Origin: a virus
Direction: 5' to 3' (one strand)
Virus record (IMG/VR): IMGVR_UViG_3300045988_152054
Length of the DNA stretch: 47,606 nt
Shown here: positions 24,001 to 34,000 of the stretch, piece by piece
How positions within the stretch are numbered: position 1 is the first letter of the stretch
Layout of the letters: each line of letters begins with the position of its first letter
Notes under the pieces: model-generated
The model's input: only the letters and a program-made list of their open reading frames with translations
Databases searched by the model: none
Told to the model about the DNA's origin: nothing
Position numbers and translations under genes: made by a program

Positions 24001-25244
24001 TATCCACCTTCATACCCTGAAGGAGAACTAGAATTAAATGAATTATATATACTCCAGTCATGAGGTATAGATATATTATCCCAAGAATCATCATTATAAT
24101 TTTTACCAGTTTCAGTTGTTGAATTATAACTTGTATCAGATGTAGAAGAAATTAATTTAAACTTACAATCAGATAATTTACTTAATGAATTAATTTTTAC
24201 AGTTGAACCTAATATTTGAGAAATTTTAGTTGCTAATTCTTGCCAACTATCATTGCTTGTCGCATTTATCCCTTTGCCAGTAATAGCTTGAGCAATTAAA
24301 TCTTTTCCATTACTGGCATTTTGAAAAACCTCATTTATTGCACCTTTTAAATCTTGTGCTGTTGTTTGTAATGTTTCGTCTCCTATTTGTTTCGCAATTT
24401 CTTTATATTGTGCAGTAACTTCATTAACTGCACCTTTAATATCTTTAGCAGTTGTAGTTAATTCCTCAGTACCTAAATCAGTTTTAATGGTATTTATATC
24501 ACTTTTTATTTCGGTATCATCATAAGATGTGCCAGTTCCACCTGCAGGTAATTCAGTACCACTATCTAATTTTGTTCCATCCTCTTTTGCTAGGTATATT
24601 TTCCCACCTTCTACTATAGATTTAGCAGGCATTTTATTTACTTTGTCTACATTGTCTTTTGCTACTTTTTCAAGTTTATTTAATTTTGCACTAGAGATTA
24701 CATCCCCATTTCCCCAATTAGTTTGATTGTAAGTTCCGTCACTATTATAAGTATCAATTGCATCTCCATCTAAACTAAGCATAGATACATCTGCTACAGC
24801 ACTGTTAACTGTTGCTATGTCACCTTCTTCAAACAATGGTTTTAGAATATGTACTGCACCTTTTATTATTGGAAGTGATCTTATACTTTCTTGACTTTCA
24901 TTAAGAAGTCTTAGTTGTAAATCATAATCTCCTAATTCAGTATCTTCATCTATTAATTGTCCCTCTATTACAAATACAACTTTACCATCGTCAGTAGCTT
25001 GTATTGGGAATTCCTTTTTCACCTCTGCATTTTTATACCACTTAACTTGTGCATAGGATGCTTTATATTTCACTAGTAAGTTACTTAAATCATCTGACTT
25101 ATATCTGTATTTATTATCTACAATTTCTATTAACAATTTAATATTTCTATCATTCTTATATAGAAATATTTCTTCATCTAATTTGGCTGTATTCTTTGAA
25201 ACTGTCAACTTACAATCGGTTGTGATGTAATCATTATTAGCCAT
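21075..25244 (-). CDS. Baseplate/tail-fibre protein: BppU-like N-terminus, collar repeats, glycoside hydrolase family 2 module and C-terminal beta-rich domains
   Basis: I take the ATG at 25244 (MANNDYITTD), after AGGAAGGTG. GH2 sugar-binding region ..SIPHDWSIYN..WYRFKL..YIYFDGIYMESDVYINGTKV. TIM barrel ..LRGVCMHHDLG..NAIRITHNP..IMWSIGNEI. ..MFVWTGFDYIGEP. Confidence 0.75.
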   Translation of the reverse strand: MANNDYITTDCKLTVSKNTAKLDEEIFLYKNDRNIKLLIEIVDNKYRYKSDDLSNLLVKYKASYAQVKWYKNAEVKKEFPIQATDDGKVVFVIEGQLIDEDTELGDYDLQLRLLNESQESIRSLPIIKGAVHILKPLFEEGDIATVNSAVADVSMLSLDGDAIDTYNSDGTYNQTNWGNGDVISSAKLNKLEKVAKDNVDKVNKMPAKSIVEGGKIYLAKEDGTKLDSGTELPAGGTGTSYDDTEIKSDINTIKTDLGTEELTTTAKDIKGAVNEVTAQYKEIAKQIGDETLQTTAQDLKGAINEVFQNASNGKDLIAQAITGKGINATSNDSWQELATKISQILGSTVKINSLSKLSDCKFKLISSTSDTSYNSTTETGKNYNDDSWDNISIPHDWSIYNSFNSSSPSGYEGGYLDGGDAWYRFKLKTAKLEGQKVYIYFDGIYMESDVYINGTKVKDNKWYNPFYVEITDYLQYDNNDTLAVFVRNQQPSSRWYSGSGIIRNAYLVSANDVEIGINDIKITTPTLETDVKTNIANTKIDIKINSTAAKTVNLVNEIYFNNSLVKSNTKEITLSIGSNSVTDTIQINNPTLWDEYSGNLYTLKTYVKEGEVIYHSSETKYGYRYFKFDKDTGFWLNGKNLKLRGVCMHHDLGCLGAEVNKSAIERQIDLLIDMGVNAIRITHNPGSSEFLNVCAEKGILTIEEMFDCWTCAKKSNDFARYYNSHAKEVIDNTINRDKNNPSIIMWSIGNEIIRTSSSYDSATATGFVQNMINWIKAIDNERMVTMGDDTPTNSISQDCMQLLDVIGVNYGSSSEYSSVKTAIPNKSIYGSETTSALSSRGVYARDNTNKQCSSFDDDKVNWGEYASIELKKHMTDINYLAGMFVWTGFDYIGEPTPFNKYPTKSSYFGIYDTCGFPKDIMYMYQSRWTNNPMVHILPHWDWTDGNIKVWLYSNCYKVGLFLNGKSLGEKLQTGIGNKYQFEYSVTYTKGTLVANGYNQSGDIVAQDIIYTSQGTPTTVKLSTDKTNVNIGSDDLVFITCDIVDKNGVIVPTANNKITFTVEGGTIVGTDNGDATCVEKYRINIKSAFNGKVLCVVKHNGVRGNMIIKANGDNLSEKSITVVKGDKTTLTQKTKQSFIDATKPTIYDYPGTVKNYTITNNLTNCINSNVSTTIKENGNYLATITANINYKLGNVTVTMGGVDITSTSYSNGVITINSVTGNIVITANATATSSFTPVHGNGTSRISLYDGEFDGNSKEIYCEIDLATCKNVNEVIFSAGNDIANWAGCNMHMYYDQASKELQINFTDDKGAFARSVIALNDFNLNIRLNKNGLYVNDDLVTGYAGNKVGAYASYMSNFAKLKSIQIGAKQGHNLSNATYNNLIIRNITE

Positions 25245-25263
25245 TTCAAACACCTTCCTTTCA

Positions 25264-25302
25264 AAATAAAAAAGAGAACTAAAAATTTAATTTTAATTCT
25301 CT
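25264..25302 (-). terminator. Rho-independent terminator (minus strand) ahead of the GH2 gene
   Basis: The stem is 12 bp: agagaactaaaa (25273-25284) / ttttaattctct (25291-25302), with a G-U pair on the minus RNA. A U-run follows. Confidence 0.6.
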
Positions 25303-25304
25303 GC

Positions 25305-25469
25305 TTATTTATCTATTTTATCTGTGGATTTTAATTCTTCATTTTCTTTTTTAAGTTTATCTATTTGTTGCTTATATATTTCACATTGAGCTTGAAATAG
25401 TACTTTTTGATGATTAGCTTGTGCCAATTCTTGTTTATATATTTCAGTTATTATATTTATTGCATCCAT
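25305..25469 (-). CDS. Small coiled-coil protein (54 aa) of the tail-fibre cluster
   Basis: RBS GGAGGTGA, ATG at 25469. MDAINIITEIYKQELAQANHQKVLFQAQCEIYKQQIDKLKKENEELK... Confidence 0.5.
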   Translation of the reverse strand: MDAINIITEIYKQELAQANHQKVLFQAQCEIYKQQIDKLKKENEELKSTDKIDK

Positions 25470-25480
25470 TCAATCACCTC

Positions 25481-27448
25481 CTATTCTGTATAAGTTACTT
25501 TCATTGTTACACTGCCGCTACATACTGCATAACTACTAGCATTATAAGCTGATTGAATACCGAATCCTTTTATAGTACCACCTGAAAGTGCATTAAGTAT
25601 AGTACTATTAGTTATAGTTAACTTTCCACTATTACCAACTGCTATACTAACACTTCCACAACTTGAACCGTATGAAGGTTTCCCACTTGGTCTACTTGCA
25701 TAGTTATGAGTCTTAACTACTATAGGTACTGCTGCATGAACACCACCAGATATTCTCTTAATAGTAAGTTCAATCTTAGTGATATTTTTTTCTTTGAATC
25801 GATTGAATTGAGTACCAAAGAACCAACATCCATTACAATCCCCGTAGCCATAATCACCTTGTCTTGCAGTATTATCTTGTTTCCAGTTATTATATACAGA
25901 ACTTCTATAAGTGTCCCCACTATTAGATTTTATAGTAATTACTTTTGTAGTTGATGTAGTAGGGGCTTTGTCTGGGTCTGTAGTTTGATTACCTCCAGCA
26001 AATGTTGCTTTTGCGTGTTGTATAATTTGTCCTGGTAATGTTTGAGCGGTATTTGCAGTTAAACCACCGCAGTGAGCTGCATTGGCTATTGTTATAAATG
26101 CACCACTAGTAGTTTGAAATCCGTATTCACTACATACACCGGCGGAACTCGCATCGTGTATTCTTGCACAGGCACTACCTCTGTACCCTATTTCACAGTT
26201 AACTAATGTAGTATTTTTAATATACATTGAGGCAAAGGCATCCCCGATATAACCTACAATATTACTTTGCCCATCACTGTGTTTATTATCACTACCATAA
26301 ACTTTAACGCTGTATGTATTGAGCGAACTACTTTCCTGCGATATAATACTACCAGTTCTACCAGCTACTGCACAACCTGTGTCGGGGTGGACAACACCGA
26401 TTTGTCCTTCTTCGGTACCTGGCCAGCCACCATATACCCATAATTTGGCACTACTCATATAGTTTCTAATGTATCCGTATAATGTGTGCCCATCTAAATA
26501 AAGTCTTATTTGTCCACTAGTATAATTTTGGAAGTCAGCATTTTCGGTTATATCCCCACGCATCCATATATTTATTCGTTTACCATTAAGAAATTTAGGT
26601 AAGGCATCTATTACTCCTCCCATTGTTTTATATACTGCACCTTCTGTTAATTCAACATCATCACTACCTGATGAAGGGTCTATTTCAATTTGTATATCGT
26701 CATCCAGTGTGCTTGGATATTGTGCATTATTTATTTTATTGGCGGTGATTGTATCAGCAGTTAATTCACCTTCAACTGAGAAACTATCTCCTACAACTTC
26801 ACTACCTTTTATTTGTGCTCCAACAATATTTCCTTCACTATCTACACTAAAAGTATTACCTTGATTCCTAAAAGTACTACCTATAATAGTTGCTCCTGTA
26901 ATAGTTTTACCATCAATAGCCCCATCAACTATCATATCTCCATCCACTTTTACTTGTTTTGTTATAACCGCTAACATTTCGTCTGTTAAGGTCATCGAAC
27001 TTGCACTATTACCTCTAACCATCCAAGAAAATCTATCAGCTAATTGTTGGTATTGAGTTTCAGTGGCTTTTATTACTGAACTTTTAGTAATGGATGCCAC
27101 GGGTATAGTTTTATTAACAGTTGATTTTCCTTCTATATTAATAGTGACGTGTATTTCACCGGCATTGCCTGTTACTGTAAGTAGCGTAATAGTTTTATAA
27201 TCATTCTCTAATTTTGCCGTACAATTAGTTGTATCGGTTATAGTTACTTTGTACTGACCTTTAGTCGGTGTTGTGTTAACTGCGACTAATTGAACAGTTC
27301 CGTTATATATATTAATTTGAGTATTGTTACTGGTTTCACCTACTGTTGTTTTATTGATTGTTGTAGTGAATGTATTACTATATATGGAGGTGCTTGTAGA
27401 TGGTCTATTGACTTTTGACGAAAATGAATTACTGTATATTTCACTCAT
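25481..27448 (-). CDS. Tail fibre / putative receptor-binding protein (unknown fold, possibly beta-helix)
   Basis: 655-aa Ser/Thr/Gly-rich ORF in the baseplate cluster, locally G+C-enriched. Confidence 0.55.
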   Translation of the reverse strand: MSEIYSNSFSSKVNRPSTSTSIYSNTFTTTINKTTVGETSNNTQINIYNGTVQLVAVNTTPTKGQYKVTITDTTNCTAKLENDYKTITLLTVTGNAGEIHVTINIEGKSTVNKTIPVASITKSSVIKATETQYQQLADRFSWMVRGNSASSMTLTDEMLAVITKQVKVDGDMIVDGAIDGKTITGATIIGSTFRNQGNTFSVDSEGNIVGAQIKGSEVVGDSFSVEGELTADTITANKINNAQYPSTLDDDIQIEIDPSSGSDDVELTEGAVYKTMGGVIDALPKFLNGKRINIWMRGDITENADFQNYTSGQIRLYLDGHTLYGYIRNYMSSAKLWVYGGWPGTEEGQIGVVHPDTGCAVAGRTGSIISQESSSLNTYSVKVYGSDNKHSDGQSNIVGYIGDAFASMYIKNTTLVNCEIGYRGSACARIHDASSAGVCSEYGFQTTSGAFITIANAAHCGGLTANTAQTLPGQIIQHAKATFAGGNQTTDPDKAPTTSTTKVITIKSNSGDTYRSSVYNNWKQDNTARQGDYGYGDCNGCWFFGTQFNRFKEKNITKIELTIKRISGGVHAAVPIVVKTHNYASRPSGKPSYGSSCGSVSIAVGNSGKLTITNSTILNALSGGTIKGFGIQSAYNASSYAVCSGSVTMKVTYTE

Positions 27449-27459
27449 AATATCACCAC

Positions 27460-29328
27460 CTATCTCAATGTACCGTTATTTACTGTCAATGTAACACTTC
27501 TGGATACACCATCTTGTGTTGTAGCAGTTATTACTGCACTACCATTAGCGCCGGCATATGTAGAGCATAATCCACTATGAACCCAAACTAAATCAGTATT
27601 ATTAGATGACCACGTTAATGATTTATTAATACAATTATCGTTAAAAGTAGGTCTTACCATACAGTTATGTGAGTTATCATTCCAGTCCATAGCAGTTAAT
27701 GAGAAGTCACTAGAATTTAATACTACATTATCGGTACTTAATGGATAATATTTTACCCAGTCAACATATTGAGTTATTTCCGTTGTATTACTATCAGGAG
27801 TACCACCACTAGCGCCAATTGCTTGGTTAAGTAAAATAAAGTGTGGTATATGGAATGCTCTATTATCAGTAGCATTTGTTCTACTTAATTCATGGCCATC
27901 AATAGAGAAAACTAAACTACCATCTGTATTCCATTCCATAGCAAACTCATGCCAATCACCAGTAGGATAATTATTATACCATACACGACCACTTTCTTCT
28001 TTTTCATTGAAGAATGTACCACAAGTTAACTTGCCATTATAAAATTCCATTACATCAAATTCACCACAATAAGCCCACCATTCACCTAATGTGTCAGGGC
28101 TACCATTTTCTTTATATCCAAATTCAAAACTATCTCCTAAAGTCCAAAATGCACCAAAAGAACCATTCCAATTGCAGGCTCTAACTCTAGCCACTATTTT
28201 ACCGTACATAAAAGCAAAATGCCCTTTAGAAATAATAGATGCTGATGTCCAATTTCCACTACTATCCTTTAACCCTCTTAAAGCTAATATACCATCATTA
28301 ACTTCAGCATTGGTATTTGTATATCTTTGAGTTTCATTATTTCTAACATAACCTAACTCATATCCCCATTTATTTGAATCTATGCTATTACTTGAGAAAT
28401 CATCAATAACATAGGCACCGTCGCTGTCTAATAAAGAACTTGTACTAGCACCTGATTTATTTAATGTTCCAGTTACTTGTGTACCATCACTTGTACCACA
28501 TATTCTAATGTATGCAGCATTTGATGGGACTGTAAATGTTGTTGATAATGAACCCACTGACCAATCAGATGTACGGTTTTCTATATATCCACCTGAATCA
28601 TTACCTAAATAGGTATCACTACTATTATAGAAGCATACACAAACATAACTTATAGGATTTAAGTCAAGTGTATATTTTCCAGATGAAGTTACTGCTATTT
28701 TATCGATTGTGCTATAATATTTTGCATCTGTAGTATCAGTAATTACCCCGTTATCAAGTTTTTTGTATTGAGTAAAAGTTAATTGATTGTTATTCGCTAA
28801 TGTTACTGTAAATACATTACTTGTCTTAGTAGTACCTTTGGCAGTTGTAACTCTTATAGCCATATTATATGCTCCAGCAGTTCCCGAATTATCATGCTTA
28901 AATTTATATGATGTTCCGTTTGCTATAACATCCTCTGTTTTATCGTAGAATGTATGTCCACCATCCCACGATACTTCATGTTTTGCTACTGCTATATTTG
29001 TGCTATATTCAATATAAAATTCTGTTTGAGCAGGTTGTGTTATGTTTGATATATTACTTATAGTTAGTGTTTCAGGAGTAGTTTCTCCACCACCACTGCC
29101 ACCTTCAGTGTACACACATTTTAGTTTACAATTACTATATGTTCCATTACTCCAGCTACTAACGTTAAAAACCGCTTTAGAGCTAGTAAATGAAGTAGCA
29201 CTTTCATAAGTACTCCCCCCATCTTTACTGATTAAGATGTCTGTAATATTAGTAGCATCGGTTGTAAAATTTACTGTCAATGTATCCCCTGTCGTACTGG
29301 GGTTACTTGACACAGTTATTGTTGCCAT
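27460..29328 (-). CDS. Baseplate protein with Ig-like N-domains, glycoside hydrolase family 16 module and C-terminal Big_2-like domain
   Basis: I take the ATG at 29328 (MATITV), after GGAGGTG. GH16 core ..WTSASIISKGHFAFMYGKIVARVR..GAFWTLG..GEFDVMEF (ExDxxE at 28045-28062). Confidence 0.7.
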   Translation of the reverse strand: MATITVSSNPSTTGDTLTVNFTTDATNITDILISKDGGSTYESATSFTSSKAVFNVSSWSNGTYSNCKLKCVYTEGGSGGGETTPETLTISNISNITQPAQTEFYIEYSTNIAVAKHEVSWDGGHTFYDKTEDVIANGTSYKFKHDNSGTAGAYNMAIRVTTAKGTTKTSNVFTVTLANNNQLTFTQYKKLDNGVITDTTDAKYYSTIDKIAVTSSGKYTLDLNPISYVCVCFYNSSDTYLGNDSGGYIENRTSDWSVGSLSTTFTVPSNAAYIRICGTSDGTQVTGTLNKSGASTSSLLDSDGAYVIDDFSSNSIDSNKWGYELGYVRNNETQRYTNTNAEVNDGILALRGLKDSSGNWTSASIISKGHFAFMYGKIVARVRACNWNGSFGAFWTLGDSFEFGYKENGSPDTLGEWWAYCGEFDVMEFYNGKLTCGTFFNEKEESGRVWYNNYPTGDWHEFAMEWNTDGSLVFSIDGHELSRTNATDNRAFHIPHFILLNQAIGASGGTPDSNTTEITQYVDWVKYYPLSTDNVVLNSSDFSLTAMDWNDNSHNCMVRPTFNDNCINKSLTWSSNNTDLVWVHSGLCSTYAGANGSAVITATTQDGVSRSVTLTVNNGTLR

Positions 29329-29341
29329 ATAAACACCTCCA

Positions 29342-31036
29342 TTAATCACAAGTAGTTACTAAACACTCTTTACTAAGTATTATAGTATACCCATCTAAAT
29401 TTTGAATTGATTCCTTTACTTGGTTCAATCCATCTTTTGTCGCATATGTATCACTAACTGTCGTTTTAAACCCATCTAAGGATTGTTCTAATTTGGACTG
29501 TTTACTAGTTACGTCATTTACATTGGTCTCTAATTTACCTATTACAGTTGTATGCTTATCAACAGTGTCCTTAGTGCTATTATATTCATCCTTTAATTGA
29601 GTAACTGTTCCGTCAGTTTTAGTGATGGTTGTGTTACTTATTAAGCTACTAATTTGTCCTTGTGCTATACCTATATTAGTTGTATTAGTCGTCACTTGTT
29701 CAATGACACTGCTTAAATCTCCATCTACAGTAATATTTTTAATTGTATCGACTGTCTTTTTAAGCTGATTAAATGATACATCCAGTGTTTGCTCGGTATC
29801 ATCGAATTTTATATGACTTGCTTTTATAGTATTAGTATTATTATTTATACTACTAATAACACTACTAATATCAAGTTTACCACCACTAATATTAGCATTA
29901 TCCGCCACTTTACTATCAACTATTAATCCATCTTTTATAGCATCACTGGATTGTATACCATTCTGATTAATAAGTTGTCCCTTACCATCCGCTCCATATA
30001 ATACGAATGTAAAATCACCTTTGGCATCTTTTCCTAATTGAATACGTACATTTCCAGCTTTATCCTTAAATTGTTGCAAATTACCTTGCAATAACATGGA
30101 ACCGTCATCACTCTGAATACTTACATTATTAGTATTAATAGTTCCCGTATTAATTTTATTAGCACTAACAGTATCAATCATAGCGTCTTTTATAAGTGCA
30201 TCTGCTATAGTAACTTTTCCAGATGTAAGTACTAAAGAATGGATATTATCCATGGTTAAATTACCACCAATTAATGTTTGTATTTCTGCCACTGTAGCTT
30301 TTAAATTAGTTATAGTAGCATTGACTGCATCTAAATCACCAACATTTAAATTATCAATTTTAGCATTTACTGCTGTAAAGTTTTTAGTTGTAAGATCTTT
30401 AAACTCACCATAATCAGCTTTTATCTTTTGTGCCTCTAATTCTACTACTTTTAGTTTTGGTACGCTCTCTCCATCTAATAATAAATTACCTTCATCATCT
30501 ATATATAACCATGGTGCCTTTCCATCTTTTGTTAGTGTTTCCAATAGTTCTTGTAAATCTTGTGGAATTTTAGTGTCCGGGTCAGTTTGTAATACCTTTG
30601 TTTCGGGGTCACCACACAAGTCAGTTATTGTTTGCTTAGCAGTTTCCATGTTGTTAGTTGCGTCTTGTAGTTCTGCACTCATTTCCTCTGTCATTTCTTC
30701 TGTACTTAATGCCTGCATTAATATACCGACAATTGTATCCATAGCCTCATTATAATCCTCTCCGGCTTGTTGGATATCACCTATTTTGGGATCCTCGCAT
30801 TCTTCATCTTCGATACTTTCGATTTGTACTTCAATTCTATCCTGGTCATCTTCCACAGTGTCTGCCACTTCATAATACGTATCATCCTCTGTAGTATCAC
30901 CGGAAGTAGCCACTGTTGCTACTTCCGCTTCTTCTGCAAATTCTTCCATGTCCTCGTCTTCCGTTGGCCATATAATCATTTCACCGTCATCATCATACAC
31001 AGGTCTGTCCTCATATTCTTGTCCATCACCTATCAT
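29342..31036 (-). CDS. Tail fibre / minor structural protein (gp58-like) with very acidic N-terminus
   Basis: 564 aa with repetitive coiled / beta-rich segments (..NAKIDNLNVGDLDAVNATITNLKATVAEIQ..). RBS AGGAGGTGA. Confidence 0.6.
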   Translation of the reverse strand: MIGDGQEYEDRPVYDDDGEMIIWPTEDEDMEEFAEEAEVATVATSGDTTEDDTYYEVADTVEDDQDRIEVQIESIEDEECEDPKIGDIQQAGEDYNEAMDTIVGILMQALSTEEMTEEMSAELQDATNNMETAKQTITDLCGDPETKVLQTDPDTKIPQDLQELLETLTKDGKAPWLYIDDEGNLLLDGESVPKLKVVELEAQKIKADYGEFKDLTTKNFTAVNAKIDNLNVGDLDAVNATITNLKATVAEIQTLIGGNLTMDNIHSLVLTSGKVTIADALIKDAMIDTVSANKINTGTINTNNVSIQSDDGSMLLQGNLQQFKDKAGNVRIQLGKDAKGDFTFVLYGADGKGQLINQNGIQSSDAIKDGLIVDSKVADNANISGGKLDISSVISSINNNTNTIKASHIKFDDTEQTLDVSFNQLKKTVDTIKNITVDGDLSSVIEQVTTNTTNIGIAQGQISSLISNTTITKTDGTVTQLKDEYNSTKDTVDKHTTVIGKLETNVNDVTSKQSKLEQSLDGFKTTVSDTYATKDGLNQVKESIQNLDGYTIILSKECLVTTCD

Positions 31037-31047
31037 ATATTCACCTC

Positions 31048-34000
31048 CTATCCTATCATAAATCTGCCTACAAATAATATATTTTTACTCGCAAGGTTTT
31101 TCACTTTCACTTTTCTAAATACTCCACTTGATAATCCGTTAGTGCATTCAAGTGCTACATAATCTCCGTCTTTGTCTTTTTCCACTACTATAGCAGTATG
31201 TGATATAGCCATAAATTCACCATTATTTTTAGTGTCGGCATCCATAAAAATAATATCTCCAACGCTTAAGTTTGTAAATGTTTCCAAGTCTGCTACATCT
31301 ACCACCCAGTTCTTCTGTACAAAATACTTACCTATATTAGCTTCATTTCTAGTGCTAGGTATAGCCCAACTCATATTATTATTTCTATTATTATTAGTTT
31401 TCTTTTCATCTCCATATGGTGATTTCTCGTAAGTCCAACCTGTTAATACTAGGTTAAGGAAACAACTATCATCTATTTGATATTTTCCATTTACTTTCCA
31501 CTTGCTGATATTCTCAGCTGGATTCTTGAAGTCACAAGGAGTAGTTGCATTGTATGTGAACTTACTATTATTATTATAATAGGTGTTAGCAATTTTAACT
31601 AAATCAGAAGCATATTTGAATAATGGTTGTGCATAATTACTACCTTTTTTCTTAGCTCCAACACTTCCAAGGTATGCTTTATCACTAATCGTAGTGTCTG
31701 GATTATAGTATACGGATACAATGTAAGTAGTATTTACCTTTGGTATTAGTACCCCATTCTTACAATCTACCCCCTCTAGGTATACTGTATCAGGTTGTAT
31801 TAGCTTAAATCCTTTCGCAGTAGTGAATATAATACGGGCATAATAACTATCATTGTAGTTAGTGGATGAAGTTGCCGGCACTCTAAATTGTAGTTTTGTT
31901 AGTGGTTTATTGTAAGTATATACTCTTTGACTATCTAACATTTTATTACTAGTTACGCTATTACTTTCCCAGTCTGCTCCATCTCCAAAGTATAATATCT
32001 TTTTCTTATATTCCTTATAATAAGTTTGAGTACTAGCCTTATCCTTCATAGTCCAACTGTTTGAAGTTAGACTACTTAACCACAATGTTTTATCACTAGT
32101 ATTACACATATCCTTTGGTTTCCTTAGAAATATTACATATTTTGTCTTATTGCAGTAATCAAGCATCATTGTATTGAAATCATTTATTAATGTATTCATA
32201 TTCTTATAATCACTTCCATAAGCACTTGTTAAATGGCATTCCTCACATACAAATATAGGTTTCTTTGGATACTTTTTAAGTAAAGCTTTTATCAGTGATG
32301 TATAGTCCTCTACTACACTCTCAATATTATCTGTTATAGAAGGTACTCCAAATGCTAACATTACATGGCTTACAGTTTTAGGATATGGTGTTTTGTCTGT
32401 AACGCCGTTAACAGTGATATTAGTAATAAGTTTTCCACCCTCTACAAAGTCCTTAGGTGCAGCACTATCAAGTCCCTTAAATGTAACTTCATAAGTTGCT
32501 CCGTCATCATCATCTACTATATCTTTTGGAGGTGTTGGTTTTGTAGCTGATTGGTTTTTCACTTTCGCCTCTTTATCTGCTCTTGCTAAGTCCCAAGGTC
32601 TAAGTATTATTCCATGTGTATACCAATGAGACATACTGCCCCTTGAACTATATGTTATACTCATGTCCTCGTATCTTATAGCTCTAGGCCATTTATGACC
32701 ACCACTAGCGTGGGCTATCATACGTTTCCCATTTACTTTTCCACAATACACAACTACGTGGTGAGTACCGGCAGTGGCATATTTACTATTTCCACCTGAT
32801 TTTGATGCCCATGCAACTGTTACATTTGAAGGGACTGTGGCATTACTCAACATTATTAAGTCTCCAGGTAATAATTCATTAATTGTTTTACTTGTTAGTT
32901 TCTTTAATGTATATCCACTATATTTTGTAGCACTTTTTACTAAAGTACCGTAGGCACAATTGGCTCCACCATATTTGGCAGTTACACTTCTAAGACCTGC
33001 ATATAGATATGCACAACTACTAAGAGAAGAACACACATAACAGTATGGATTTTTAATACCGTGGATAGTTCCACTAACTCTAAATCTTTTGCTATCGTCA
33101 TATATGCAAGCCCCACCATAGTAAGTAGCTTTTTTATACTTTTGGTGTAGGTCACAAATTTCTCTAGCCTTATTGACTATTTTCTTTCTAACATTTTCAG
33201 CCACACCCTTCTTAGTTGTAGTGTTACCGCTTATTTTCCATGTAGGCGCATTTTTAACACTGGCTGCTCTAGTCATAGAGGATTCAATTGAGACGGCAGT
33301 AGCTTCTGCACTCTTATTAGAAGTGGCTGGTTTTACTGCTCCATACCCTCTTTTTTTACCCTTACTATCAATGCAGTATGGTAATTGTCCATCTACTACC
33401 TTGTACCATCTAAGATACCACTCTATATTAGTAGGTGTACCCCATCCGGTTACTTGTTTATATTTCTTTCTATAGTCTTTCCAAGGTGCCTGCATTGTGT
33501 CGATTACTTCCCAGTATTTCTTCTTAACTGCTGCAGATTGTTTATACAACAATGAACTTTTACCACTTGGTGACACATATATACTTAATTTGTATCTATC
33601 TCTTATATAATGCATGACTACCCATTGAAAACCGCCTATCCCTAGATTGTATCCACATAGAGCCGCAAGTATATTCCAATGGTATTCTTCAAGTCTTGCT
33701 CTCATTTCATTGCACCCGACCATTATCTGATTACATATAGCTTTATCCACCTTTACACCGTTTATTACCTTAGTTCCACAAGATTTAGGTTTCATATTAG
33801 AATAAGTCGGTGTAAAATATTCAACTTTGCCATCTAAATATTTGATTTTCATTTTCTTATTGAAATAAGTACCTCTTTCACACTGCATAAGTCCATATCC
33901 ACCCGTCGGGTCTTTTGTAGCATCATATGGATTTGCAGTAGACTCAGCATATATCATTGCATAGACTAGTTGTGGGTCAAGTCCAAATTTCTTGCTATAA

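Noticed and set aside
21075-31036. Possible diversity-generating retroelement targeting the tail fibre genes
   Set aside because: No reverse transcriptase ORF exists anywhere in the genome, and I saw no template/variable repeat pair.
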